This document shows, in pieces, positions 40,774 through 50,395 of a stretch of DNA of 64,000 nucleotides (position 1 is the first letter of the stretch; each line of letters starts with the position of its first letter). Below the pieces are notes generated by a model. It had not been told where the DNA came from and made no database searches. It saw nothing but the letters and a program-made list of their open reading frames with translations. A program made the position numbers and the translations under genes. Source of the stretch: an uncultured Candidatus Saccharibacteria bacterium (GTDB taxonomy: Bacteria; Patescibacteriota; Minisyncoccia; UBA6257; 2-01-FULL-56-20); contig CAYHXC010000003.1 in NCBI GenBank assembly GCA_964360585.1, positions 18,113 to 82,112 of the forward strand, written 5' to 3'.

Positions 40774-41712
40774 TTAAATATTGGAGAACTCGTTTCGTTT
40801 GACCACCTGATACCCCTTAATCAGTTCGGCGATGCCCTCTTTAAGCGAGACCTGGGTCTGATAGCCTGTTTTTTCGATTTTAGTGTTTGAGATGACATAG
40901 TTTCGTTTGTCCGGATCTTCGCCGATTGCCGATTCGACAAATACAAATTTTGGCAACTGCTTTTGTATCTCCGCACAGAGTTCTGCCTTGGACAAGTTCG
41001 CCTCCGTCAGTCCGACATTGTATGGCTCGTTTTTCATTGTATCGAAATTCTTCATCGCCTGCAGGAATGCCCGAGCAACATCGCGCACATGTATATAGTT
41101 TCGTTTGAAATGCGGTTCGAAGAGCACAACTGCACGATCGTTCACGGCTCGATAGACAAAGTCATTGACGAGAAGGTCGAGGCGCATGCGTGGTGAAATA
41201 CCAAAGACTGTGGCGAGACGAAACGTGACAGCATCACCAGCTTTGAGTAGCTTCATTTCGGCTTCCACCTTCAACTTTCCATACAGAGACACGGGATCAA
41301 GGGCACTTGTCTCGTCGCAGAAAGCCACACCTTCGGCCATGCGGCCATAGCCGCTGTTTGTGTTCGGAAAAATGATCTTCTGTCCTTTCTTACGAAGTTT
41401 GATGAGCATCTCCACTGCCTCCAGGTTTGTGGTCCGGGCTGCAATCGGATCCTGGTCACAAAGAGGCGCACCCACGAGACAGGCAAGCGGGATGATAAAG
41501 TCTTTTCCTTCGATGTGTTTCGCGATCAACTTCTCATCGCGCGCATCACCGCGCACAACAGTGAGGTTTGGGTCGTAACAAACATCAAGAAGCGACGTCT
41601 GGCCGTATATAAAACTATCAATAACCGTTACAGCATAACCGGCGCGCAAAAGCTCCGGAACGAGTATCGAACCAATGTAGCCAGCGCCCCCGGTGACGAG
41701 TACGTTTTCCAT
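40774..41712 (-). CDS. NAD-dependent epimerase/dehydratase
   Basis: TGGAGYIGS, PLA.LVGAPLC, YG.LK, RLATVFG.SPRMR.DL. Confidence 0.88.
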   Translation of the reverse strand: MENVLVTGGAGYIGSILVPELLRAGYAVTVIDSFIYGQTSLLDVCYDPNLTVVRGDARDEKLIAKHIEGKDFIIPLACLVGAPLCDQDPIAARTTNLEAVEMLIKLRKKGQKIIFPNTNSGYGRMAEGVAFCDETSALDPVSLYGKLKVEAEMKLLKAGDAVTFRLATVFGISPRMRLDLLVNDFVYRAVNDRAVVLFEPHFKRNYIHVRDVARAFLQAMKNFDTMKNEPYNVGLTEANLSKAELCAEIQKQLPKFVFVESAIGEDPDKRNYVISNTKIEKTGYQTQVSLKEGIAELIKGYQVVKRNEFSNI

Positions 41713-41761
41713 GTGTCTCCAATCCTAAAACACACCGACCGTTTCTGCAATGGGCGCTCGG

Positions 41762-42964
41762 TTACAATTCCTTTGGATTAACGGGAAAGTAGAACTCGAC
41801 ACCTTTTTTAATGAGTTCTTGATTGTTCGCTAGTATCTCCTTCTTGAAATTCCAGGCCAACACATAATAGATGTCTGGTTGTTCTACGATATCTTTTTCA
41901 ATAACGATCGGAATATGCATCCCCGGCGAGTAGAGTCCGCGTCGTAGTTCGTTCTTTTCAGTCAGACACTCGACGAGATCGGGACCGATGCCATAGTAGT
42001 TGAGCAAGGTATTTCCTTTGACTGGAGCGCCAAAACCGAACACTCGCTTACCGGCCTGTTTGGCTTGGCGCAGATAGGCCACATTCTCATCTTTCATACT
42101 CTGGATACGCCTAGAGAAAGCCCGATATGTCTCAATGTCATTGGTTTTCTCTTCGGCTTCGGCTTTACGCATAGCATGCAATCGATCACTGGACTTCTGT
42201 TTTCCGCGGTGGGCAATGTAACCGATCACTGAACCGCCATGAATTGGTGCTAGATACGCGTCGAAAAGTTCCAAACCATGACGACCCAACAAGGTTTCGA
42301 TAGTTTTCAAAGTATAGTAAAGCAAATGTTCGTGATAAATTTGATCGAAGGCTCCATTCTCTACAATGCTCTTCATATATAAGAACTGAACCATAAAAAC
42401 GCCGTTCTCTTTTAGGCTTTCTCTGATGCCATCGGCGACCGAGTGAAGTTCTTCAAGGTGAAAAAATACGCCAGCGGCGTTCACGACGTCAAATTTTCGA
42501 TTGAGCTGTTTTACAAAATCAAGATTAAAAAATGCGGTGGCCGTTGGAACGCCGGCGTCATTGGCCATTTTCGCTGGCGTTGCTGCCGACTCCACACCGA
42601 GAACTTCATATCCCAGATGCTGGAAATGCTTTAGCTGGGTACCGTCGTTCGAACCGATATCGAGCACCGACTTCTCGGATAGGTTCTTGAAAAAACGATC
42701 ATCTACTTCCTCGGCCATCTTCCGGAAGTGTTCGTCGAGCGATCGCGTCACACCAGAAAGATAGGTGTGGTTTCCAAACATGATCTCCTTCTTGATCGTG
42801 TAGTCAAGCTGAGTCGTAGAACAGCCTTTGCAGTACACTACGCGCAAAGGATAAAAAGCTTCCTTGCCAACCTCCTCTTTTTTTAAGAAGTGATTCCCCC
42901 AGGGTTGGTTCCCGAGATCGATAACGGGCTCCAGATCGGTTGCATCACAAACGCGGCAGATCAT
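41762..42964 (-). CDS. NDP-hexose C-methyltransferase
   Basis: CRVC...C..C Zn site, DIGSNDG, FDQIYHEH, HGGS, GAP.KGNTLLNY, LAWNF. Confidence 0.88.
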   Translation of the reverse strand: MICRVCDATDLEPVIDLGNQPWGNHFLKKEEVGKEAFYPLRVVYCKGCSTTQLDYTIKKEIMFGNHTYLSGVTRSLDEHFRKMAEEVDDRFFKNLSEKSVLDIGSNDGTQLKHFQHLGYEVLGVESAATPAKMANDAGVPTATAFFNLDFVKQLNRKFDVVNAAGVFFHLEELHSVADGIRESLKENGVFMVQFLYMKSIVENGAFDQIYHEHLLYYTLKTIETLLGRHGLELFDAYLAPIHGGSVIGYIAHRGKQKSSDRLHAMRKAEAEEKTNDIETYRAFSRRIQSMKDENVAYLRQAKQAGKRVFGFGAPVKGNTLLNYYGIGPDLVECLTEKNELRRGLYSPGMHIPIVIEKDIVEQPDIYYVLAWNFKKEILANNQELIKKGVEFYFPVNPKEL

Positions 42965-42965
42965 T

Positions 42966-44051
42966 TTAGAAATAAGAATTAAATAATTGAATCATCTCTC
43001 CGACGAATTTCTCCTGACTGATCGCATACCCTCCCTCGGGAGAGGCGATCCATTTATTAATGTTTCCAATATACTCGTTATACTCGCTCTCGTCCATATT
43101 GCGGAGGTAGTGATCGAGTTTCGCAAAGTCGCAGTCGAATTTCCGGAAATCGATGAAACACGCCGGCGGGAATATATCTGTAATATCCGGCGCTCCCCAG
43201 TAGATCGGCACTGCCCCGGCATAGAGAGAGTCTTTCATATACTGGACGTACCCTCCAAGATAGGAGTTCTCTAGCACGAGCGAAAACCGATACTGTTTCA
43301 AGGTCTCATATTTATCATCAGGCGACCCGCGATAAGATTTTTTTATGCTTGCGTCATAGGCCTGCGTGTAGCGCACCGGCGTATTCCAGCCGCGACCATA
43401 AAGATCAAAGTCGTCGTACTGGGAAAAGTATCGAATGGCCTTAAGGCGGTCAAGATAGCCTTCTCGATTAGTAAAAGTTGGCATCGGTTTTATGACATTC
43501 ATAACGTTCACATACAATCTATGCAACCAGTGGACGCGTGTGTTTTTCTGGATCATCACCAGAAACTTCTTGCTCCCGAAGCCAGGGGCGACCTGTCGCA
43601 CGTGAGTATAGTAACCGTGTGGCGTATACTGCGGATGGAACTGACTCTTTTTCGATACCCAGCTTTTCACTCCCCGCATCACAACCGAGTGATCGAAGTG
43701 GCTGGTCAGCCAGGTGAGATTCCAATAAAATTGGCAGGCGTAGAGTGGATTTTCTGAACTACGGATAATAGCTAGCTTTACTCCCTCTTTCTGCAAAGCC
43801 AGCGAGGTCTTCAGGTCAGCGTCGTCACGCTCTCTTACACAGATCGCCTTCGGTTTTTTCGGTAGCGCGAAATAGATGTCAGAAGTAATCAGCTGAATCC
43901 CGTTCTTGAGGCATTCTTCGTAGAGGTACACTGATGAATAGTTGGCCCACTCTTCCTTGGCCACGTTCCGATCGAAACATAAATTTTCCCGCGAATGAGG
44001 TCCGATGGTATCATAGACAACAACTTTTTTGTTAGTAAGAGAAATTTTCAT
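42966..44051 (-). CDS. GT10 (alpha-1,3-fucosyltransferase-like) protein
   Basis: DLYGRGW, K...L..YRFSL..EN, G.VPIYWGAP. Confidence 0.75.
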   Translation of the reverse strand: MKISLTNKKVVVYDTIGPHSRENLCFDRNVAKEEWANYSSVYLYEECLKNGIQLITSDIYFALPKKPKAICVRERDDADLKTSLALQKEGVKLAIIRSSENPLYACQFYWNLTWLTSHFDHSVVMRGVKSWVSKKSQFHPQYTPHGYYTHVRQVAPGFGSKKFLVMIQKNTRVHWLHRLYVNVMNVIKPMPTFTNREGYLDRLKAIRYFSQYDDFDLYGRGWNTPVRYTQAYDASIKKSYRGSPDDKYETLKQYRFSLVLENSYLGGYVQYMKDSLYAGAVPIYWGAPDITDIFPPACFIDFRKFDCDFAKLDHYLRNMDESEYNEYIGNINKWIASPEGGYAISQEKFVGEMIQLFNSYF

Positions 44052-44212
44052 TACTGCCTATTGTGTCGCAGATAAAACACCATTCAAAAGAAAGATTAAC
44101 CGGATCACGTCGAAACACACTATGTTCACGAAAAAACCCACTATCTTTCGTACGAGACTACCTCTCCGATAATCCAGCGGAGCTTTTTGGAAACCGTATG
44201 CGAGGCTCCGTT

Positions 44213-44734
44213 CTACTTTACATAGTGACCTGCTTCATCACGCTGGGAAAGTATTGGATCTTTGATCGGCCACCATATATTAAACTTCGGATCGTCGAAG
44301 CGGTAGGTGAACTGGCCATCCGAATTATAGTACTCCGATTGTTTATAATGGAAAATTATTTTGTCGGTAAGCGCTAGATGACCATTCCCGAACTTTGGCG
44401 GTACGAGTACAAGCCAGTGATTCGCGTCCGAGAGCGTGAACGACACCCACTGGCCATACTGTTTGGATTGCGGGTCGGCATTCGCTACCACAAAATAGAA
44501 CCTCCCCAATTTGCAGTCGATAAGCTTCCAGGTCCGATCATCACCATGCAATCCCCGCAATACATGCTTCGATGATACGGAATAATCATCTACTACGAAA
44601 TCCAAATTGATGCCGTTCTTTGCAAAGAGCTCCTTGTTATACGTTTCTGTGTATGTTCCACGAAAATCCTCGAAGGTTTCGGGCTTAATGAGCACCACAC
44701 CGTCGAGCTTTGTTTTGACGAATTCCATGTTCAT
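44213..44734 (-). CDS. rfbC: dTDP-4-dehydrorhamnose 3,5-epimerase family
   Basis: F.D.RG...ETY, VLRGLH, VPP.FG.G, I.WP...PILS.RD; start chosen at ATG 44734 (alternative 44728). Confidence 0.85.
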   Translation of the reverse strand: MNMEFVKTKLDGVVLIKPETFEDFRGTYTETYNKELFAKNGINLDFVVDDYSVSSKHVLRGLHGDDRTWKLIDCKLGRFYFVVANADPQSKQYGQWVSFTLSDANHWLVLVPPKFGNGHLALTDKIIFHYKQSEYYNSDGQFTYRFDDPKFNIWWPIKDPILSQRDEAGHYVK

Positions 44735-44846
44735 AGTTATTGAGCGTGAAATAATTTGGTTGTTATACAATTCAGTGATCTGACGTGTTTTTCCTTCCTG
44801 ATTAATCCTAAACTGTTGCCCGAGAGAAGGCAAGGGTTGCACGCGT

Positions 44847-45614
44847 TTACCACATATGGGACTCTTTTTTGTAATCAACTTTTTTCTGACGATACCATTT
44901 CTGAGCAGCTTCGTATTTCTCCAAGGTACCAATGTCAATCATGTTTTCTTTCGTCGGGAGGCCATAGAGATCTCGGCGTGTTTTCATGAGAGGGGGTAGG
45001 ATTTCGCCATCTAACTTAGCGGGAAAGTCAGAGGGGATAAAATCAAGCAGTTTTTTTGACCACATGCTAAACCCGCCATTTATGTGGTATTTATCTCCGA
45101 GTTCGGTAATCCCATGTGGTCGAGTGAGCCAGGCAGTAATACGGTGTGTGTTTGGATCAATCTCTGCCACATCACCATTTTCAGGGATATCAGAATCTTT
45201 CAAAACCAGGGTCCCAAATGCTTGATGGTCCTCATGAAACTGTAAGAGCGGCTGGAAGTCGTAAAAATGAAGCTGGTCACCATAGATGAGAAGAAATGGA
45301 TCGGAGAGGAGAGGCTCCATTTTTTTTATAGCCCCGGCAGTCTCGAGGAGTTTTTTGGTTTCGTCAGAGTAGTTGATTTCTACCCCCAGGCGTTCACCAC
45401 CTCCAAGGTGAGTAGTGATCTTCTCTGGAAGAGAATGGAGATTGATCACAAATTTTCGAAAGCCCTGGTCTCGTAAAAGCGTGATGGTGTGTTCTAGGAG
45501 TGGTATCCCATCAAATGGCATCATCACTTTGGGAGTGGTTTCGGTTAAAGGACGCAATCGCGTGCCGAGTCCGGCTGATAAAATAGCAACGGTAATTTTT
45601 GAGGGATCGGTCAT
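44847..45614 (-). CDS. sugar-phosphate nucleotidyltransferase
   Basis: AGLGTRLRPLT...PK, LLETAG, YGD, DIGT. Confidence 0.87.
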   Translation of the reverse strand: MTDPSKITVAILSAGLGTRLRPLTETTPKVMMPFDGIPLLEHTITLLRDQGFRKFVINLHSLPEKITTHLGGGERLGVEINYSDETKKLLETAGAIKKMEPLLSDPFLLIYGDQLHFYDFQPLLQFHEDHQAFGTLVLKDSDIPENGDVAEIDPNTHRITAWLTRPHGITELGDKYHINGGFSMWSKKLLDFIPSDFPAKLDGEILPPLMKTRRDLYGLPTKENMIDIGTLEKYEAAQKWYRQKKVDYKKESHMW

Positions 45615-45620
45615 GTTGGT

Positions 45621-46220
45621 TTACCTGCCGGCGGTGATCATATGATCGAAGTATTCTTTAAAGTATTTCGTCATAAGGTGCATGATCGTATGATGGACAC
45701 TTTCAACAATTTCGTACTGTCCTTTTTCGGTTTTGACGAGAATCTTGGCATCAGAGAGTTCGTTCAACTTACCACCGTCAAAACCAGAGAGACCAATGAC
45801 AGGAACTTTACGTTCTTTGGCTAGCTCGACAGCTTTAATAATATTCGGCGAGCTACCAGAGCTCGAAATCGCAATCAGAACATCGGCATCCTGGAGATAG
45901 TTCTTGAGTGGACCAGCGAAGATCATGTCAAAACCAACATCATTGGCCCAGGCTGTGATTTCTGATTCGGTTGAAGGCAAGCGAATGGCTTGGAAACGTC
46001 GGTGATTCTTATCGAGGTGGTGACTAAAGACGGTCTTATTAAAATCACTAACCCAGTGAGTAGCGATAGCCAAGGAACCGCCGTTTCCGAAGACATAGAT
46101 CCGGCCGTCTCGTTCGTAGGCCGCCTCTAAAATGTTTATCGCCCGGGAGATCTCTTCGGCCGGCAGTTGGGCTAATGAGGCAGAGACTTGATCGGCAAAT
46201 TGTTTGATAAATTCTTTCAT
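45621..46220 (-). CDS. second SIS phosphoheptose isomerase-like protein
   Basis: FGNGGS, TAWAND, SSSGSSPN, GFDGG.L, E..H. Confidence 0.85.
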   Translation of the reverse strand: MKEFIKQFADQVSASLAQLPAEEISRAINILEAAYERDGRIYVFGNGGSLAIATHWVSDFNKTVFSHHLDKNHRRFQAIRLPSTESEITAWANDVGFDMIFAGPLKNYLQDADVLIAISSSGSSPNIIKAVELAKERKVPVIGLSGFDGGKLNELSDAKILVKTEKGQYEIVESVHHTIMHLMTKYFKEYFDHMITAGR

Positions 46221-47251
46221 GCAAAAGCTGATGGTTGGCCGTCTCCGTGGTACAAGATTTCAGCGCCGGATTGAACAAAGTGGACTGGGATTTCTCTAAA
46301 TTCATTGAGGCGATTCTGTTCGGCAGTTTTTTTCATGGCGAGTCTTATTGCAGGGTGGCTTCCCGGAGGAGCAATAAACATAAGACAGCCGCCTGCTCCT
46401 GCCCCCAACAATTTTCCACCCCAGGCTCCGTTTTTGAGTCCGGTACTATATAAATTATCAATGACTGCATTAGAAAGATTCGAGGCCAGACTCCTTTTTC
46501 GTTGCCAGCCTTCGTGTAGCATCTCTCCCATCTTTTGCATCTGGCCATTTTCAAGATAAGAAACGAATTGTGGCACAGAGTCGGCCATCTGCTTCATCGT
46601 TTCAAACTTATCGTCATCGTTCACGTTTCGTTTTTGTTCATGTAAGACAGAGGAGGTATCTCTCGTAAGCCCAGTGAAGAAAACGAGCAGGTGATTTTCT
46701 AAGAGGAAACGCTTTTTGAAGTCCAGAAGGACTGGCTCCACATCCACAGTATCGTCGGAATTGAACCGGATTCTATTAAAACCCCCGAAGGCAGAGGCGT
46801 ACTGATCCTGAGGCCCGATTGGTTCTTTGAGGAGTTCCATCTCAAGATAAGCGGCAGCTTCGGCAGATTCACGAGCATCTAATTTTTTACCAAGAAAGGC
46901 GTGGAGGGCTTTCATCAAGGCCACGGAAAAACTCGACGAAGAGCCGAGACCTGTTTTCGCGGGCATATTGGCAAATGAGGCGATCTCGAGGCCGCTCTTA
47001 ATGCCAAGATGTTTCAAGGCTTCCCGGATACGACTGTGCCGCAGGGCATCAGGATGATCAACAGTCTCAGAGATTGAGTAGCGAGCCGAGATCTTGTCGA
47101 TCATTGGTGTGCGATTAATCACGACATAGACATACTTATCAATCGCCGAAGAGATGACCTGTCCGGGATAGCGCCGATAAAAATCAGGGAGATCAGTCCC
47201 GCCACCAACAAAACTGATGCGAAGCGGAGCACGAACGACGATCATTGGCAT
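46217..47251 (-). CDS. second GHMP sugar kinase (HddA-like)
   Basis: APLRISFVGGGTD, TGLGSSS, G.QDQY, GGKLLGAG.GG. Confidence 0.87.
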   Translation of the reverse strand: MPMIVVRAPLRISFVGGGTDLPDFYRRYPGQVISSAIDKYVYVVINRTPMIDKISARYSISETVDHPDALRHSRIREALKHLGIKSGLEIASFANMPAKTGLGSSSSFSVALMKALHAFLGKKLDARESAEAAAYLEMELLKEPIGPQDQYASAFGGFNRIRFNSDDTVDVEPVLLDFKKRFLLENHLLVFFTGLTRDTSSVLHEQKRNVNDDDKFETMKQMADSVPQFVSYLENGQMQKMGEMLHEGWQRKRSLASNLSNAVIDNLYSTGLKNGAWGGKLLGAGAGGCLMFIAPPGSHPAIRLAMKKTAEQNRLNEFREIPVHFVQSGAEILYHGDGQPSAFA

Positions 47252-47337
47252 AGACTTTAAAATATTTACCTTCTACAGTCAATGGCTCACTTCCACCTAC
47301 GTTCGATCATTTTTATCTTTCTAGTTCGAGCTTTGTC

Positions 47338-47611
47338 TAGAACCCATCTCAAAAATATATCAAGTCGCGTTTCAGGCTGTTTTCCCGATTACGCAAGGCG
47401 CCGCTTCTCGAAGGTGTACTTTGCGTACTCCGAGAAAGCGGCAACACAGCGTATCGGAAAAACAGACAAAACCCTTGGGGATAGGACTCCCGAACGCGAT
47501 ACCAGTGTCACTTCGGAGCTCAATGTGCCGCGAGCACACCTTCGTCCTTGTTTCGCGGTATCGCATTCAGGAGTCGATATCGCGGCTGCTATATTTTTGA
47601 GATGGGTTCTA
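47338..47611. mobile_element. MITE-like non-coding element, copy B
   Basis: Same TIR as copy A; CTAG at both ends; only a few differences from 29122-29394. Confidence 0.8.
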
Positions 47612-47637
47612 GAAGACTAATGTCTTATCTTTCTGGA

Positions 47638-48702
47638 TTACTTCTTGGGAAAGAAAGGCGTGGTTCGAAGCCAGTCGATGTAGGCACTGACTGATTTCCG
47701 GGGATCAGCTGTTGGACGCCAGCCTAATTTTTTTAATTTGCTTACGTCGGAGACAGCATGACGGGTGTCGGTGCGGCGAAAGCCAGCAAGATGAATCGGC
47801 GAGGTGGAGTGGGCTACCTCCTTCACGAGGCGAGCGAACCAACCAACTTCATACGCCTGACCTCCGCCAACGTTAAAAACTTCGAAATTTGCCTTGGGGT
47901 GAGTGAGGAGAAGAACGTTCGCAGCGACAACATCCTGGATATTAACAAAATCTCTCTTCTGATGACCGTCCTCGTAGACCGAAATAGGTTCTCCCCGAAG
48001 GGCCTGGAGAACGAAGATGCGCAGGGCGCCAGAGTAGAGATTCAGAGGAGACTGACGAGGTCCCTGAACGATGGAGTAGCGAAGAATGGTCGTGGGAATT
48101 TGATAGGTTTTCCCTAGTCGAAGAGCCAGGTGCTCGAGCGCCTCTTTGGAGAGACCATAGGAGTTGGTGGGAGTGACAGACTGATCTTCTTTAAAAGGCA
48201 ACGAGCGAACCGGGGAGCCATGCGAGCAGAGAATCTCAAACTGTTTATTTTGGAAAGCTTCTTCTGAACGCAGTTCGGGGTAGAATATTTTTTTATTATG
48301 TCGACATTGGTAGGCACCGTCTCCATAGACGAACTGAGAACTGGCCAAAACGATTTTTTTGACGGGTAGTTTTTTCTCCACAATGATTTCATAGAGCAAG
48401 GCGGAACTGACCGTGTTGTGACTAAAGAAGTTGCTGAAGTCGGGCCGTTGATCTTGATAGGCAGCGAGGTGATAGACATACGTTACTCCCCGGAGTGCTC
48501 GGAAGAGTATTTTTTTATCGCGAGCATCGCCTCGAATTAATTCATATCCTTTGCCCTGGACATACTTTGGCCACTGACCTTGGTGTACTGGTGGCACTAA
48601 CGCATCAAGAATTCTCACTTTAAATCCTCGCCTTGCTAACAAGTCGGCAGTGTGCGAACCAATAAATCCTGCCCCTCCGATAATAAGAACACTTCCTTTC
48701 AT
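47638..48702 (-). CDS. NAD-dependent epimerase/dehydratase
   Basis: GGAGFIGSH, ASS..VYG, YGLSK, GPRQ...N.Y.G. Confidence 0.88.
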   Translation of the reverse strand: MKGSVLIIGGAGFIGSHTADLLARRGFKVRILDALVPPVHQGQWPKYVQGKGYELIRGDARDKKILFRALRGVTYVYHLAAYQDQRPDFSNFFSHNTVSSALLYEIIVEKKLPVKKIVLASSQFVYGDGAYQCRHNKKIFYPELRSEEAFQNKQFEILCSHGSPVRSLPFKEDQSVTPTNSYGLSKEALEHLALRLGKTYQIPTTILRYSIVQGPRQSPLNLYSGALRIFVLQALRGEPISVYEDGHQKRDFVNIQDVVAANVLLLTHPKANFEVFNVGGGQAYEVGWFARLVKEVAHSTSPIHLAGFRRTDTRHAVSDVSKLKKLGWRPTADPRKSVSAYIDWLRTTPFFPKK

Positions 48703-48711
48703 TATTGCGAT

Positions 48712-49728
48712 TTATTTTTTCTTATAGGTTTCCCCGACAACTCCGTGAACTTTCAACTCCTCTTCCACCATCATTTTTACTAAATCATCGAACTTAGTTT
48801 TTGGTTGCCACTGTAGTTTCTCCTTTGCCTTACTAAAATCGGCAATGAGGCTTTCCACTTCGGTGGGACGATAGTACTTCGGATCAATTCCGACATACGG
48901 CTCCCAATCCTCAATTCCGGCGTGTCGAAAAGCGGCATCTACGAAATCACGAACGGAGTGACTTTCGCCGGTGCCGATCACATAGTCATCCGGTTCTGGT
49001 TGCTGCAACATCATCCAAGCTGCTTCCATATACTCTGGCGCATATCCCCAGTCGCGACGAGCGTCCAAGTTTCCCAAATAAATTTTATCTACTAAACCAG
49101 CGGCGATCTGGGCGACGCCTCGGGCAATCTTTCTCGTTACAAACGTTTGCCCCCGACGCGGTGATTCGTGATTAAATAAAATACCGTTGACGGCAAAGAT
49201 GCCATACGCTTCGCGGTAATTTTTCGTCGTGTGGTACGCAAAAACCTTGGCCGAACCATAGGGACTGCGTGGGTAAAACGGTGTTGCTTCGTTTTGCGGT
49301 GGTGGTGTCGCACCAAACATTTCCGAGGAAGATGCCTGATAAAATTTTATCTTCTTGCCGGTATGTGCTTCGTAATCCTTAATAGCTTCTAAAATACGAA
49401 GTGTTCCCAGTCCGGTAATGTTGCCGGTATATTCAGGAATATCAAAACTGACTCGAACGTGAGACTGGGCACCGAGATGATAGATCTCATCCGGCTGAAT
49501 CTCATATATTAATTTCCGGATCGTGCTCGCATCGGTAAGATCGCCGTGATGCAAGAAAAAGCGCACGCCCTCGCTATGCGGATCTTTATAGAGGTGGTCT
49601 ATTCTCTCGGTATTGAATGTGGAAGCGCGACGAATAATGCCATGAACCTCGTAGCCTTTTTCAAGAAGAAGTTCCGCGAGATAGGAACCATCCTGGCCGG
49701 TCACACCGGTTATAAGGGCTTTTCTCAT
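48712..49728 (-). CDS. gmd: GDP-mannose 4,6-dehydratase
   Basis: [41 protein letters not shown]. Confidence 0.96.
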   Translation of the reverse strand: MRKALITGVTGQDGSYLAELLLEKGYEVHGIIRRASTFNTERIDHLYKDPHSEGVRFFLHHGDLTDASTIRKLIYEIQPDEIYHLGAQSHVRVSFDIPEYTGNITGLGTLRILEAIKDYEAHTGKKIKFYQASSSEMFGATPPPQNEATPFYPRSPYGSAKVFAYHTTKNYREAYGIFAVNGILFNHESPRRGQTFVTRKIARGVAQIAAGLVDKIYLGNLDARRDWGYAPEYMEAAWMMLQQPEPDDYVIGTGESHSVRDFVDAAFRHAGIEDWEPYVGIDPKYYRPTEVESLIADFSKAKEKLQWQPKTKFDDLVKMMVEEELKVHGVVGETYKKK

Positions 49729-49738
49729 AGTCAGAACG

Positions 49739-50395
49739 TTAGCGAACTGTCGTCGTTGTGGCTTTTGGCTGAGCTGGTTGGCTTTCTAAATACGCCTTAA
49801 CGCGATCATCCATTGGCCACAACTGTATGATCGTATTGGCTACTTCCAACGCCTTCGCATTATCTCCTTGAAGGCGATAGAGATCGAAAAGACCGTAGAG
49901 GAACTGGGGGCGATGAGGAGCGAGCTGTCGTCCAAGAGTTAAATACTCTTCAGCTTTTTCGAGATACTGAGGATCTTTTGTTTGCAACGCTACAACCTGA
50001 TGCATGGAACCGAGAACGTACAAATTTTGATCGAAGCTCATACCTCGTTGACGCGTAATTATTGGATCGAATAATTCTTTTACCAAACCAACAAGTTCAA
50101 CGCTGGTTGAGGCTTGATCTGGTTCAAATCGCTGGATCGTCGAGAGAATCACACTGGCAAAGTGACGCACTACTTCTTCCTGACCGATGGGGGAAGGAAT
50201 ATCGAAGGGAGTGGCGAAGGCTCGCTTTACATCATCGAGTGATCGCATCTGATCCATGGATTGCAGGGTGATGATAAAAGCTTTGGATTTTTGAAGTGGC
50301 AAGTACGAGCCAAAATAGATAGTCCAAAGAAGAAAGGCGCTACCGACAAGAGCAATGATCTGGCGAGTCATTTTGTTATCGTCTTGTGTTTTCAT
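49739..50395 (-). CDS. TPR-like protein resembling the C-terminal half of 2459-4711
   Basis: IYFGSYLPL vs IYFISFLPL; [14 protein letters not shown] vs DPQYLARAE..LSPRR. Confidence 0.65.
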   Translation of the reverse strand: MKTQDDNKMTRQIIALVGSAFLLWTIYFGSYLPLQKSKAFIITLQSMDQMRSLDDVKRAFATPFDIPSPIGQEEVVRHFASVILSTIQRFEPDQASTSVELVGLVKELFDPIITRQRGMSFDQNLYVLGSMHQVVALQTKDPQYLEKAEEYLTLGRQLAPHRPQFLYGLFDLYRLQGDNAKALEVANTIIQLWPMDDRVKAYLESQPAQPKATTTTVR

